NCBI GenBank assembly: GCA_951406725.2
Contig: OX597838.1
Coordinates: 9,300,001 to 9,364,000, forward strand
DNA from: Octopus vulgaris
Taxonomy: Eukaryota
Length of the DNA: 64,000 nt
Reading direction: 5' to 3'
The notes under the pieces are model-generated. The model worked only from the letters and a program-made list of their open reading frames with translations, was not told where the DNA came from and ran no database searches. The position numbers were made by a program, and so were the translations under genes. This document shows, piece by piece, positions 44,000 through 58,413 of the stretch; positions within the stretch are counted from its first letter, which is position 1; every line of letters begins with the position of its first letter.

Positions 44000-44470
44000 A
44001 GTAGTGGTGGTGGGGGGGACAGTGCCGTTGGTGGCGGTTGTAGTAAATGTTAGGTGGAGGCAACGGTGACGGCAGCGGTGGTGGGGAAAGTAGCAGTAGT
44101 AGTATTGGGTGGTGGTGGTGGTGGTGGTGTGGTGGTGCTGGTGGTGGTGGTGGTGGTGGTGGTGGTGGTGGTGGTGGTGGTGGAGTCGGCAGTTATCAAC
44201 ATGAACGATGCAAAACAGCAGCGAGGGAGGACCGAAGTGTCACGGCGGAGACGGAGGCGTGGCTGATGTTTACATTGACCATACTGGTTATAGTAGTAGT
44301 GGTGGTGGTGGCGGTGGTGGTGATGGTGGTGGTGGTGGTGGTGGTGATGGTGGTGGTGGTGGCGGTGGTGGTGGTGGTGGTGGTGGTGGTGGTGGTGGTG
44401 GTGGTGGTGGTGGTGGTGGTGGTGGTGGCGGTGGTGGTGATGGTGGTGGTGGTGGTGGTAGTGAAGATAA

Positions 44471-44494
44471 TCCAGTACCATCACCAGCAGCAGC

Positions 44495-44532
<38 letters not shown>

Positions 44533-46474
44533 AAGGAGTAGTAGTAGTAGTAGTAGTAGTAGAAGGAGTAGTAGTAGTAGTAGTAGTAGTTACCTTTCGG
44601 TATGGTTTGGACCTGTTGCTGCTGGCGAAGGCAACAGTAGGGGTGGCGGTGATAGTAGCGCTGGTGGAGATGATGAAGGTGGCGGAAGTTGTGATGGCGG
44701 CGGCGGTGGTAGTGGTGGTGGTGGTGGTGGTGGTGGTGGTGACGACGGCTGCGGCGGCTGCGGCGGCTGCGACGGCGGCGGAAATTTTGTAAGTATAGCC
44801 AGTCTGAGCGTGGCTGCAGCAAAAGCAGCAACTGAAGGTGTCCAGGGTGGCACGATCGCGGGGCCGAGGACAGCGGCTGCGGCGGCGGCGGCGAGGGTGG
44901 TGGTGGGTGCTGTGGCGGCGGCGGCGTCGGCGGCAGCGTCGGACGTTAGCGGAAATGTGGTCGTCGCAACGGTGGACAACAGCGGTGTGACAACGACGAC
45001 GACGACGACGACGACGACGGCCTCAGCAGCAGCAGCAGCAGCTACAGCAGCGGTTGGAGAATTCACAGGAGGAGCAGTCGACGATCTGGACCCTTACACG
45101 ATATGGAACCCTGAGAAAGCTTACGCTGCCAGGGGTATATGCCTGATTCTGTTCGGAACGTTCGGAGTTTTACTGAATGCGTTTATCATCGTGGCGATTG
45201 TTCCGAATCGTCGGTTGAGGACCGTACGCAACATATTACTCGTTCACCTCGGTTTCATAGGACTTGCTTCATCCATAACACTGACTCTGTACGCGGCCGT
45301 GGTAATATTTCACGGAGTATGGATCGGAGGAAGGTCTGCTTGCCATGCTTACGGTTTTGTACTCTCCGTATTTACATTTGCTTCTGTTTGGACTATAACG
45401 GCGTTGAGTTGGGACAAATATCGGACCATCGCTTCCCCTTTACATCATTCCTTGTCGGCCAGCTTCCGTAAAATGGCCGGCTGTTTCATCTTATTTTGGC
45501 TGGGAGCCGTTTCCCTATCCGTTCCACCGCTGACCGGTTATAGCCGATTCATCTTTGACAAAAACATGGCCATCTGCACCGTCGAACTGCGGGCCAGTAC
45601 CGACCTCTGGTATTCGCTCGTCTACCTGTCGTCAGCCTTTGTGCTCCCTTTTGTCCTAATCACTTACTGTTACCTGCACATATTTCGTATAGCCAGGAAC
45701 CAAAGCAGTCGAATAGCCGCCACGATGGTTCGAATGGTCAGCGTGATACAGGCACCGATCTCGTCGGCTCCACAAGCAGCTCTGTCAATTAAGGGCACCA
45801 AAGCCATATCGACCATATTGCAACTGACCGGAGCGTTTGCGTTCACCTATTTACCTTATTCAATGATACTGCTCTTTAAAATGCTGTTCACGTCTTCTCA
45901 TATGGACAATGTGACCGTTGTGCTTGCAACGACCCTTTTTCAGGCAGCCCCATTGACTAACGCAGCCGTCTACGGCATCAGAAACAAAATCCTCCGCTCG
46001 TCGTTCAACCGCTACGCGCGGCGAAAGATGCAGGATTTTTGCTACAGAGACCATCGGCGTAGCAGTATACGTTCGGTGACGAAACGCCAGCCCTCAGCCC
46101 TCAAGCTCTCCTTGTTGCAGGGCCGACGCTGCGTTACGAGCGGAGTGATTTTACCCACGTATTACAGCGGAACCAGCGGTGGCGGCGGCGGCGGCAGTTG
46201 TGGCGGCAGTTGTGGCGGCAGCGTCCGTGGGGGTAGTGTCGGTGCTGGGGTTTGTGGTGGTGTCTGTTGTTATGACGATGTGGATGGTAACGCCGGCGGG
46301 GATACGAACCGTCATGCTCATGGATTACGTCGGACTCAGTCGTACCCGATCAAAACCCTGACGGAAGTTAACGGACTTTCTATCGGCATGTCACGGACTA
46401 TTACGGGACCTTACCAACAACAGCATTCTCTGGTTAATTTGAACGATATCAATTCACTGACGCCAATTGAATAA
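44471..46474 (+). CDS. Class A (rhodopsin-like) orphan GPCR; 7TM region in one uninterrupted frame, true start unresolved
   Basis: Seven hydrophobic helices with GVLLN (N1.50), C3.25, SWDKY, W4.50, ECL2 Cys, FVLPF..YCY, YLPY and TNAAVYG plus helix 8. The frame is open from 44471 (after TAA at 44468-44470). The track start at 44810 is GTG and the first in-frame ATG lies just before TM4. Confidence 0.9.
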
Positions 46475-47302
46475 AACTTTGTGAAAGAGGAAATATTTCA
46501 ACAAAAACAACTGAAAAAACAACATTTAACAAAACGTGTGTGAACGTTTGTGTGTGCAGGAGTTTGTGTGTGTGTGAGACAGACAGACAGATAGACAGAT
46601 AGACAGATGAGAATGAAAGAGAAATAGTGTGTGTGTGTGTATGTGAGGGAGAGAATGTGTGTGTGTGTGTGTGTGTGTGTGTGTCTGAGGAGAGAATGTG
46701 TGTGTGTATGTATGTGTAGATGTGAGAGAGAGGGGGAGATAATATGTGCATGTGTATGTGTTTGTGTGTGTGTGTATGAGAGGGTGAATGTGTGTGCGTG
46801 TATGAGTACATGTGACAGAGGAGAGAGTGTGTGCGTGTGTGCGTGTGTGCATGTGTGTGTGTGTGTAAGGAAGAATGAGTGTGTGTTTGTGTACATGTGA
46901 GAGAGAGGCAGAGAGTGCATGTGTGTATGTGTGTGCATGTGTGTGTGTGTGTGTGATAGATAGAGAGAGAGTGTGTGAGATGGAGATAGAGAGAAAGAGA
47001 GAGAGAGAGACAAACATTAAGAAAATAATTTTTTAAATATACAATCCGATGTTGATCATAAAAAAAAACACAGATTCACCCTCAAAAGGCTAAAAAATAA
47101 TATTTACCAAAATTAAAAAAAAAAAAAAACTCCATTACTTCCATCCTTGGACATTGGACACAAATAGAAATTATATAAAAAAAAAAAACGAGAGAAAAGG
47201 TTGGTCAGATTTGAACTTTTAATGATTTTATTTACGCACGCACGGACGCTCGCACACGCACAGGAAATACATATAAGTATGTGTGTATGTATGTATGTAT
47301 GC

Positions 47303-47446
<144 letters not shown>

Positions 47447-47581
47447 GTATATATACGTATATGTACGTATGAGTATGTATGTATATACGTGCATAAAATT
47501 GCAGATGTGTGCATGTGTATATATGTAAATAAATATATATTTCTGAAGAATCGTTTGTGCGAGTGTGCGTGCGTGCGAGTG

Positions 47582-47617
<36 letters not shown>

Positions 47618-47874
47618 TGTGCGTTAGTGTGTGTATGTCAGTGTGTGTGTCCGCGTGTGTGTGTGTGTGCGTGTGTGTGTGTGTGTGTGCGTGTGTGTGT
47701 GTGCGTACCTATAAAGTTCCAAATATATTTAAATATATTTAATTGTATGCTCGTGCGTATACTTGAATAATGCATGTATGTTTATATATGCATGTATGTA
47801 AATAGACCATGTATGTATGATTGTATATAATATTTTACAAATACATATGTATATGTTATATATATATATATATC

Positions 47875-47947
<73 letters not shown>

Positions 47948-48106
47948 GTTTCTAACAATCAGTCTCTATATGTTTATCAAATGTAAATACCTCAAAAGTT
48001 ATATAAAATACAATACACCCATATTGTTTGTGCGTATATAATATGTGTATATGAGTGTGTTTGTGTACACTTTATGCATTGTTGATGTGCCTTGTATGTG
48101 TTTATA

Positions 48107-48140
<34 letters not shown>

Positions 48141-48835
48141 AGATGTCAGTAAATGTTAATACCAGTAATTTTAACTTGATTGGCAGTGACTTCGAAGTAT
48201 TTAGCGTATTATTATAATTCGAATAAGTGAGATCACTCGGTGCAAGTTCGAAGTTACTGACAATAAAAAGAGTGTTATTAACTGAAGTCGGTCAGCTGGC
48301 AGAGTCGTTATAGAATCGAAAGAAAAAAAAATGTCTTTCGGTCGGCTCCTCATAATGCGAGTTCAAATATTGCCGGTGCTAACTTTGGTTTCACGTCTCA
48401 AGAGTTGACGGTCTGTGTAGCAGTTTAGTACTGATATCTATGATCTTTTCTAACCACAACACCTTCTATTTAAAATCGCTGCTCCTTTTGTCTAAATAAC
48501 AAACAATTATTAATTGATATATGTATATATGTATGTATATATACACACACTGATATGTGTGTGTGTGTGTGTGTAAAGTTATAAATGACGAAAGAAATAC
48601 CTCTTATAATATTAGTATGATAAAATTTAATCAGCTATTAGAAATTCTTATCAAATGACAATATTAACCGAATCTATTCCTCTGTCTTCCCTTCTCTGGA
48701 TCTTTCCTTCTCCTATGTTTCCGACGAAGAGTTCCGCTCGAAACGTTAAACCCTCCTTCTTCCCTTCCTTCCTGAGCGTCCAATAATACTATATTTGTTC
48801 CACGTCCTCGCGTTGTTGTGCTTTCTTGTTTTGAT

Positions 48836-48874
<39 letters not shown>

Positions 48875-48877
48875 GTG

Positions 48878-48911
<34 letters not shown>

Positions 48912-49301
48912 CGACGGGCTTCTTCCAGTTTTTGTCTACCAAATCTACTGACAGGACCCAGGCGTGGCTGTGTGGTAGGAAGCTTGCTTCCCAACAGCAT
49001 GGTTCTAGGTTCAAGTCCCACTACGTGGCACCTTGGGCAAGTGTCTTCTATTATAGTCTCAGGCCGACCGACCAAAGCCTTGTGAGTGGATTTGGTAGAC
49101 GGACACTGGAAGACACCCGTCGTGTACACACACACACACACACACACACACGTGTTGTTCATGTAAACCCTGGGTGCACAGATATTTGTGTGTGTGTGTA
49201 TGGACATATACCTAAGTATGTATAAATATATATATATAGATAGATAGATATGTTGTTTATGCCGACCGTAAGTCTATACATGCGTGTGTTCAAGTACATA
49301 T

Positions 49302-49344
<43 letters not shown>

Positions 49345-49349
49345 CATAC

Positions 49350-49419
<70 letters not shown>

Positions 49420-50092
49420 GTATGTATGTATGTATGCATGTATGCATGTATGTATATATATGTGTGTGTATATGCGTATACCTAAGTATGTATACAAATA
49501 GGTACAAGGATGTTTGTTTATGTACTTACGCGTAGAGTGTCGTGAATTACTTATGTATTCGGAATTTACAGTGAAAATTGTGTATATAATGTTTGTATAA
49601 TGTATATAATCCTAAACAGTGTGTATATATAATACACACACACACTCTTAAGCATTTACATGTCGCTTCTTATAACTTTCTTTTCATCTTTCAACGTTCA
49701 TCGGCATGATTATCATCGTCTTCTTCTTCTTCTTCTTCTTCTCTACACGTTTTTCCCCCCAGCTTCCTCACCCCCAGCTTCCCCCAGCTTCCCCCCACCT
49801 GCTCTTTCGGCTACCAGGTTCGGTTCTTTTATATACATCTTGTCTCCCCCCCCCAACCGCCTCTAGCAGCCCCACCACTACCACCACCACCGCCTTGCTA
49901 CTTTCCTCTTTCTTTTGAGTCCCATCCAAATTATTAAGTTCCTTCATTTTTTTTCGGTTACCTTGTCAACATCATCATCATCATCATCACCATCACCATC
50001 ATCATCATCGTCTTCATCACTGTCAGCATCATCATTAGCAACAACAACACCTTCTTCTTCTTCTTCTTCTTCTTCTTCTTCTTCTTCTTCTT

Positions 50093-50123
<31 letters not shown>

Positions 50124-50384
50124 TCTGTTGTTTTTTTCTTCATTTTCTCGTTTTGTTTTGTTTTTCTTTTCAGACATCCTTCTCATTTTTATCTTTTTCT
50201 TCTCTTTCTTCTTCTTCTTCTTCCATCTTCTTTACTTTCTTTATTTTCATTCTTTCTCTCTTCCTTAGTCTTTCCTTTATTTCGTTCTTGCTTTCCTTTC
50301 TTCACTCTCTCCCTTCTTTTCTTCTTTCTTCTTTCTTTCTTTCTTTCTTTCCTTCTGTCGTCTTCTCTTTCTTCTTCTCCTCCT

Positions 50385-50815
50385 CCCCCTCATCCTTCTT
50401 CCCCTTCCTCTTCTTCCCCTTCCTCTTCTTCCCCTTCCTCTTCTTCCCCTTCCTCTTCTTCCTGTTCCTCTTCTTCCTGTTCCTCTTCTTCCCCTTCCTC
50501 TTCTTCCTGTTCCTCTTCTTCCCCTTCCTCTTCTTCATTTTCCTCTTCTTCCCCTTCCCCTTCCCCTTCCTCTTCCTCTTCCTCTTCTTTCTCTTCCTCT
50601 TCTTCCACTTTCTCTTCTTCCTCTTTCTCTTCTTCCTCTTTCTCTTCTTCCTCTTTCTCTTCTTCCTCTTTCTCTTCTTCCTCTTTCTCTTCTTCCTCTT
50701 CCTCTTCTTCCTCTTTCTCTTCTTCCTCTTCCTCCCCTTCCTCTTCCTCCCCTTCCTCTTCCTATTCTTCCTCTTTCTCTTCTTCCTCTTCTTTCTCTTC
50801 TTCCTCTTTTTCTTC
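50385..50815. repeat. Polypyrimidine 15-bp minisatellite (CTTCTTCCYCTTYCT)n
   Basis: Direct observation; nearly pure C/T strand. Confidence 0.9.
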
Positions 50816-51258
50816 ATAACCACATGCTTTCCTTCTACTTCTCTTATCTTCCTTCTTATCAGAATTGTCAGAACAAGAAACAAAAATTTCCTCCCAGTTT
50901 GTTTAAGTTAATGCGTCTCCGGTCCTCAGTTCAAATTCCACCGAGGTCAACTTTGTTTTTTTATCATTCCAAGTATCAATAAAACAAAAAACACCGGTGA
51001 AATTCCCGGGGTGGGGAGAGGCGAAATAATCGACTCCTCTTCGCCCCACCCCACAAAAATGTTCTGACTTTGTTCCAATGAATGAAATTTTATTCACTTC
51101 ACATTTCAGTTTTCCAGGGTAGACCCTGGGGTGGTTGAGGTGGGGTGGGTAGCATTAACTATAGTACCCCACCCCACACCACCCCCACTTTTGTCGTTCC
51201 CGTTACAACCTGTCTACGCACTTTCACTACATATACGTTTCGGGCCTAGTGTCACTTT

Positions 51259-51313
<55 letters not shown>

Positions 51314-51719
51314 CCAACAACAATAACACTGTTATCATTATCTTCGTCATCGTCGTCATCGTCGTCATCATCGTCATCGTCGTCATCATCGTCATCGTCG
51401 TCATCATCGTCATCGTCGTCATCATCGTCATCGTCGTCATCATCGTCATCGTCGTCATCATCGTCATCGCTGTTGTGGCCTCCATTCACTTCCGCCTCCT
51501 CCTCTTGATCATCATCATTATCATCGTTGGCATCATCAACAACCGCATCTTCACCACCGATGTCATCTTCACTATGGTCGTTGTTGTCGTAGCTGCTGTC
51601 ATCATCATCGTCTCCACCACCACCACCACCACCACCACCACCACCACCACCACCACCACCACCACCACCACCACGCGTTATCATCAGAAGCAGTAGCAAC
51701 ATCATTGATATTAAGGGGG

Positions 51720-53115
51720 TGACCTGTTAGAATCTTTGGCACATCGGACAAAACGCTTAACAGCATATCGTCCGGCTCCTTAACGTTCTGGATTTTCATT
51801 CCACCGAGGTCGATTTTGTCGCTCATCTTTTCAGAGTAGATAAGAAAAGTACCTGTTGAGAAAAGTACCTGTTGAGCACTAACGTCTAGCCACTCCACCT
51901 CCGAACTTCAGGCCTTGTCTCTATAGTAGGAAAAAATTACTTTTATTATTACTATCAGAATCGTCAGCTCGCTGGGCGAAATGCTGAGCTGTGTTTTCAG
52001 TTCAAATTCCGCCGAGGTCAACTTTGCTTGTCATCCTTTTGGGGGTCGATAAATTAAGTGCAAGTTCTGGGGTCAATGCGCTCGATTAATCCCCTCCCTC
52101 AAAGTTTCAGGCCTTTTGCCTATAGTAGAAAACATTGTTAGTTCTGAGTTCAAATTCCGCCGAGGTCAACTTTACTTCTCATCCTTTTGGGGTTTTGATT
52201 TTGATTTTGATTTTTCCAGTTTCAGCTATTATTAGCTAGTAGAAAACATTGTTAGTTCTGAGTTCAAATTCCGCCGAGGTCAACTTTACTTTTCATCCTT
52301 TTGGGGTCGATAAATTAAGTGCAAGTTCTGATCGATTAGTCCCCTCCCACAAATTTTCAGGCCTTCTGTCCATAGTAGAAAACATTGTTAATTCTGAGTT
52401 CAAATTTCGCCGAGGTTGACTTTGCCTTTCTTCCTCACGGGGTCGATAAAATAAGTACCAGTTGAGCACTGGAGCCGAAGTAATCAGCTTAATCTCTTCT
52501 CTGAACATGCTGGCCTTGTGCCAAAATTTGAAACCAAAGACTGGGAGCCGGCAGAATTGTTAGCACACCTAGCAAAATGCTTACCGGCGTATCGTTCGTC
52601 TTCAAGTTCTGAGTTTAAATTCCGCCAAGGTCGATTTTGTCTTGAATCCCTTTCGGGGGTCGATAAAAAAAGGTACCCGTTGATTACTGGAGTGGATGTA
52701 ATCGACCTACGCCCACCCACGAACTTGGTGGCCTTGTGCCAAAATTCGAAACCTTCATTGTGAAAGCTGTTGAACTGGCAGACGCTGTAGAATTTCGGAA
52801 AATGCCTCACGACATTTGTTCCGGTTCTGTACATGCCGAGTTCAAATTTCACCCAGGTCGACCTTGCCTTTCATCCTTTCTGGGTTCAATAAAATAAAGT
52901 ACCAATTAAACAAGGAGGTTAATCTAATCGGCTCTAGCCCTCTTCCCCATAAAATCCCAGGCCATGTGCACCCGGTGGGGACGGGAAGTTGGATTGACGG
53001 GAGCGCAGCAGCGTCTGAAAGCCATCTGGAGGTATTTCTATTGGGTCTTTATGTTCAGAGTTCAAATCTCGTCGTGGTCACCTTTACTCTTTATCGTTTC
53101 GGAATCGATAAATAA
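51720..53115 (+). mobile_element. Cluster of at least 7 same-orientation older SINE family 1 units
   Basis: Repeated GAGTTCAAATT..GCCGAGGTC and CATCCTTT..GGGGTCGAT. The junction AGTAGAAAACATTGTTA(G/A)TTCTGAG repeats at about 52125, 52238 and 52375. Further family 1 copies at 19752-19978, 23120-23305, 41116-41965 and 63165-63810. Confidence 0.75.
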
Positions 53116-53230
53116 ACTAGCAGTTCTGTATAGTGATGCAGCCCCGAGACCTTTCTCCTTGTCAGCATTTCACATCTTTCATGTTCTGCTTGGGAGAGAG
53201 GTAGGGGGGGGCGAGTGAGAGTCAGAGAAG

Positions 53231-53261
<31 letters not shown>

Positions 53262-53369
53262 TGGGGGAGAGAGATATACAAAAAGTCAAGAGGTTGCCTG
53301 TGATTATACGGGCGCCTAACACAATTAGCGAAAGTATTGTACAGACTGATCACTAACTCATATCCGATC

Positions 53370-53428
<59 letters not shown>

Positions 53429-53711
53429 GGTGGTGGTGGTGGTGGTGGTGGTGGTAGTAGTAGTTGTAGTTCTTGTTGCAGTATTTGCTGTAGTCGTGGT
53501 GATAGTAGTATTTCTATTATTGAATTAAAGGAATGAGGACCTCGGTCGATTTCGACGATGAGTATACAGGTATTCGATCTACTTGACTACCTACCTGCCT
53601 ACCTACATACTCGGATTTGTATGCTAGTCTCTGAGTGTTCCTCAGACTCGTATATCCCTTAATAAAATCCCCCGATGGAATCAGGTTGGCACAGTGTGTG
53701 TGTGTGTGTGC

Positions 53712-53753
<42 letters not shown>

Positions 53754-54389
53754 AAGAAAGAAAGAAAGAAAGAAAGAAAGAGTGTGTGTGTGTGTAAGTG
53801 ACAATGCTGTAACTTAGCATTGCAAGACCAATTCATTTGATAAGGCTTCCACACAGTTTCCGTCTTCCCATTTTCATTCACAGAGCTTGTATAGGATTGA
53901 GTTTATGTTAAAATATATGTACCCCATTGTGCCACGCTATGGCCTCGAATCTGAAATCTGCCGCCTGCTAAACGGATTTCAAAACATTATCTAATCTCGT
54001 CACCTAAACTTCCGCCAGACATGTTATGAATTTATATCGCACCCCTTTATTTCTATATTTCTTTAGTTATTCTTTATTTCTTTTTTTATCTATTTCATGG
54101 ATACGTATTTGAAGCAGGTATATAATTAAAATAGCCATCTATGTATCATACACAATGCATAAACACTATTGATAGGCCAATTTCTGTAATTTTTGTCCTG
54201 AAACAACGGTTCTAGTGGACTTGCTGTGTTAAAAGCACAATAAATATCAGAGAACTGATCTCTGCCGGCACGAATGTTCGTCTTTCTATGATATTTATTG
54301 AGTTTTTAACACAAGTTCGCAACAGATATCATGTCAGGAAAATACTGCTTTGTTTCGGACTCAGGGAGGCCGTGAAGTTCTTTCAAATA

Positions 54390-54788
54390 CCATCCATCCA
54401 TTCATCCATCCATCCATCAATCCATCCATCCATCCATCCATCCATCCATCCTATCCATCCATCTATCCATCCATCCATCTATCCATCCATCCAGACAGCC
54501 AGCCAGCCATCCATCCATCCATCCATCCATCCATCCATCCATCCATCCATCCATCCATCCATCCATCCATCCATCCATCCATCAATCCATCCATCCATCC
54601 ATCTATCCATCCATCCATCCATCCATCCATCCATCATCCATCCATCCATCCATCCATCCATCCATCCATCCATCCATCCATCCATCCATTTATCCATCCA
54701 TCCATCCATCCATCCATCCATCCATCCATCCATCCATCCATCCATCCATCCATCCATCCATCCATCCATCCATCCATCCATCCATCCA
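54390..54788. repeat. (CCAT)n microsatellite
   Basis: Direct observation. Confidence 0.95.
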
Positions 54789-55094
54789 TATATACATACA
54801 TGGAGTAAAGTATGGCTGAACATGGGATCTTGGGGGGAGAGAACGCAAATCATTAATTCATACTCTACAAATGATTACAGTATCAGGGACAATAAAAATC
54901 TGCAAGACGTTCCTAAGATTTAAAGGATGAAGAGCAAAATAAAAAAAAAATCCTTCTTTCACAACGTTGCTTCCAAGTAGTTGGCCCATCAAAATTTACT
55001 CTGAACTAAAAAGAGAAAGAGAAGGAGAAAGAGAAAGAGAACACACAGACAGACATAAATGTATGTTTTTCTATGTATTTGTATGTATTCATGT

Positions 55095-55480
55095 GTGGAG
55101 GCGCAATGGCCCAGTGGTTAGGGCAGTGGACTCGCGGTCATAGGATCGCGGTTTCGATTCCCAGATCGGGCGTTGTGAGTGTTTATTGAGCGAAAACACC
55201 TAAAAAGATCCACGAGGCTCCGGCAGGGGATGGTGGTGATCCCTGCTGTACTCTTTCACCACAACTTTCTCCACTCTTACTTCCTGTTTCTGTTGTACCT
55301 GTATTTCAAAGGGGCCGGCCTTGTCACTCTCTGTGTCACGCTGAATATCCCCGAGAGCTACGTTAAGGGTACACGTGTCTGTGGAGTGCTCAGCCACTTA
55401 CACGTTAATTTCACGAGCAGGCTGTTCCGTTGATTCGGATCAACCGGAACCCTCGTCGTCGTAACCGACGGAGTGCTTCC
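55095..55480 (+). mobile_element. SINE family 3, full length
   Basis: A/B-box tRNA-like head; flanked by ATGTATTCATGT at about 55083 and 55483 (TSD). Confidence 0.85.
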
Positions 55481-55757
55481 ATATGTATTCATGTTGAATT
55501 TGAATTTTTTGCAAGATGTTTGTTGCCGGGGAATGGTTGCGTGCCGAATAATTTTCATGATGTATTTACGATCTTTTCTAATTGGTTTTCCCATTGATGA
55601 TAATTGCTAATCAATAACTGATTTACGATGCTCTTGTTGTTATAGTTGCCAATGTTATGTAACCTTTTGTTCAAAGGCATTCCAGCTGTGACTATCCCGT
55701 CTTTTTGTTTCTCTTACATCCGCATTTGCCCGGTGTATCCTACCCGTAATAGCACAC

Positions 55758-55850
<93 letters not shown>

Positions 55851-55880
55851 AACACACACACACACAAACACACACAAACA

Positions 55881-55952
<72 letters not shown>

Positions 55953-56403
55953 CAAACACACACACAAACACACGCACACACAGAAACACACACACACACA
56001 CACACACTCACAAACACGTGCGAACGCATGCGCGCGCAGTCACACACATATGTTTATATAATATATATATATAGTGAATGTGTTGTAAGAAGCTTGCTTC
56101 CCAACCACATGGTTCTAGGTTCAGTCCCACAACGTGGCACCAAGTGTCTTCTACAATAGCCTCGGGCCGACCAAAGCCTTGCGAATGGACGTGGATTTGG
56201 CACACGGAAACTGAAAGCGCGTGGCGCGCGCGCGTGTATGTGCCTGTATGTGTGTATGTGTCAACGCGTGTATGAGTGTATATGCATATGTAAATATATG
56301 TAGTAAAGCTGAACTCAAGGAAAAACGGTTACCCAAAATCTTCCTTCCATTAGGCCTGCATTAATCGCTTAATTTTTGAAAGATTTTTTTATATAGTTTA
56401 TAA

Positions 56404-56603
56404 CAGTGGTTCCCAAACTTTTTAGAGTCGCGACCCACTATTTATCACACCAGTTTATGACGACCCACTTAACTCTACTTGAACGATCTCGATAGACAAG
56501 CAGTTCATCAAAGCTAATGAGTAATTTTATAACTTTTTGCGACCCACTAAGATTCCGTTCGCGACCCATCTGTGAGTCGCGACTCATAGTTTGGGAACCA
56601 CTA
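56404..56603. mobile_element. 200-bp hAT (Charlie-like) MITE
   Basis: TIRs CAGTGGTTCCCAAAC / GTTTGGGAACCACTA with a perfect 8-bp TSD GTTTATAA at 56396-56403 and 56604-56611. Confidence 0.92.
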
Positions 56604-56632
56604 GTTTATAAGTTTTAATGTATAAACGGATA

Positions 56633-56670
<38 letters not shown>

Positions 56671-56674
56671 AATC

Positions 56675-56706
<32 letters not shown>

Positions 56707-56734
56707 CACCATCACCATCATCATCACCATCATC

Positions 56735-56793
<59 letters not shown>

Positions 56794-56836
56794 AATCATA
56801 ATCATCATCATCATCACCATCACCATCATCATCATC

Positions 56837-56868
<32 letters not shown>

Positions 56869-56925
56869 CATCATCATCACCATCACCATCATCATCATCA
56901 CCATCACCATCATCATCACATCATC

Positions 56926-56957
<32 letters not shown>

Positions 56958-56976
56958 CATCACCACCATCATCATC

Positions 56977-57030
<54 letters not shown>

Positions 57031-57334
57031 AGCAACAGCAGTAGCAGTAGCTGTTTTCTTCTGCTGTGTTCAGTTTCAATACCATATATCACCATTTTAG
57101 TCTTTCCTGAGCTGTTGTTCATAAGAATCCATCTTACTTCACGTCCGATTTTTGGTATAATGCGCCCATGTAATTCGTGGTTTTGGGGCCATATGTACTT
57201 ATAAACGTACATGCGACAGTAAGATGTTTTCCCCTTTCACCTTTCCTATCGGTCTGTCCGTCTGTCAGTCTTTAACACAACGTGTTCCTCTCTTGCTCTT
57301 CACATATACACACATACATAGATACATACATGCA

Positions 57335-57366
<32 letters not shown>

Positions 57367-57937
57367 CATACATACACACGTACATACATAAATACATTCA
57401 TACATACATACATACACACACATACATACACACACACACATACATACATACATACATACATACATACATACATACATACATACATACATACATACATGCA
57501 TACATAAATACATACATACACACACATACATACATACACATACATACATACATACATACACACACACATACATACATACACACATACATACATACACATA
57601 CATACATACATACATACATACACACACATACATACATACATACATACATACATACACACATACATACATACATACATACATACATACATACATACACACG
57701 TCTACCCACGTGTCAAGAAGAAACCTTATACATGGCCACTGGTACAAGACGTTGAATTTTGATAGAAAGCCAATTATACAAATACTTTTTCCCTAAATCT
57801 ATGAAAGGCCCGATTGATACACCCAACAGGTCTGTCATAGAATTCGCAACCCTTGTGGCCAACAACGAAAATAGTGTTTTGGTGAACAGCCTAAAGGTCC
57901 CTAGTTTCCTTTAACATTATCTAAAAAAAACTGTACA

Positions 57938-58060
57938 TACGAGGGTCAGCTGAAAAATCCATAGGTTGACCAAGATACTCTCATGGAATGTGACCAAATC
58001 AGGTTCATTTTTCAACATCGTCTCTCTTGTGATCCACACACTTCTTCCATCGGCGTTCTT
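57938..58060 (-). mobile_element. Mariner 3' end with TIR
   Basis: TACGAGGGTCAGCTGAAAA terminus; the minus strand reads RRWKKCVDHKRDDVEK*. Confidence 0.65.
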
Positions 58061-58346
58061 CCATAATAATAATGTTCGACTGTCGTTGTCGATGACAACC
58101 GAGGACATCACATGGGAGCATAAGAAGGGTCGCAGTGCGTCCGGCTGTGGTCGATCAGGCCCGAGGCATGCGGGCGTGCTTACGACCGCGTGACTTAGCG
58201 GTTCGGCAAAGAGACCGATAGTATAAAAGTACCGGGCTTAAAAATGTAAATAAGTGCTAGGCTTGTTTCATTCGACAAAAAGTTCAAGGCGGTGCCCCAG
58301 CTTGGCCATAATCTTATGACTGACACAAATAAAAGAGAGAAACGTG

Positions 58347-58413
<67 letters not shown>

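Noticed and set aside
44201-44470. A-to-I recoding of stops to open the GPCR frame from ATG 44201
   Set aside because: It would need many stops edited and would yield poly-Trp, which is implausible.
44789-45068. Intron (GTAAGT...TTCACAG) joining ATG 44208 to the GPCR
   Set aside because: The phases are incompatible (donor phase 2, acceptor phase 1), and the first exon would encode long poly-Val.
45900-45980. Opsin or biogenic amine receptor identity
   Set aside because: Position 7.43 is Gln rather than Lys, and 3.32 is Leu rather than Asp.
55095-55175. tRNA gene
   Set aside because: The A/B boxes continue into a 300-bp body repeated elsewhere with TSDs, so this is a SINE head, and no clean cloverleaf was seen.
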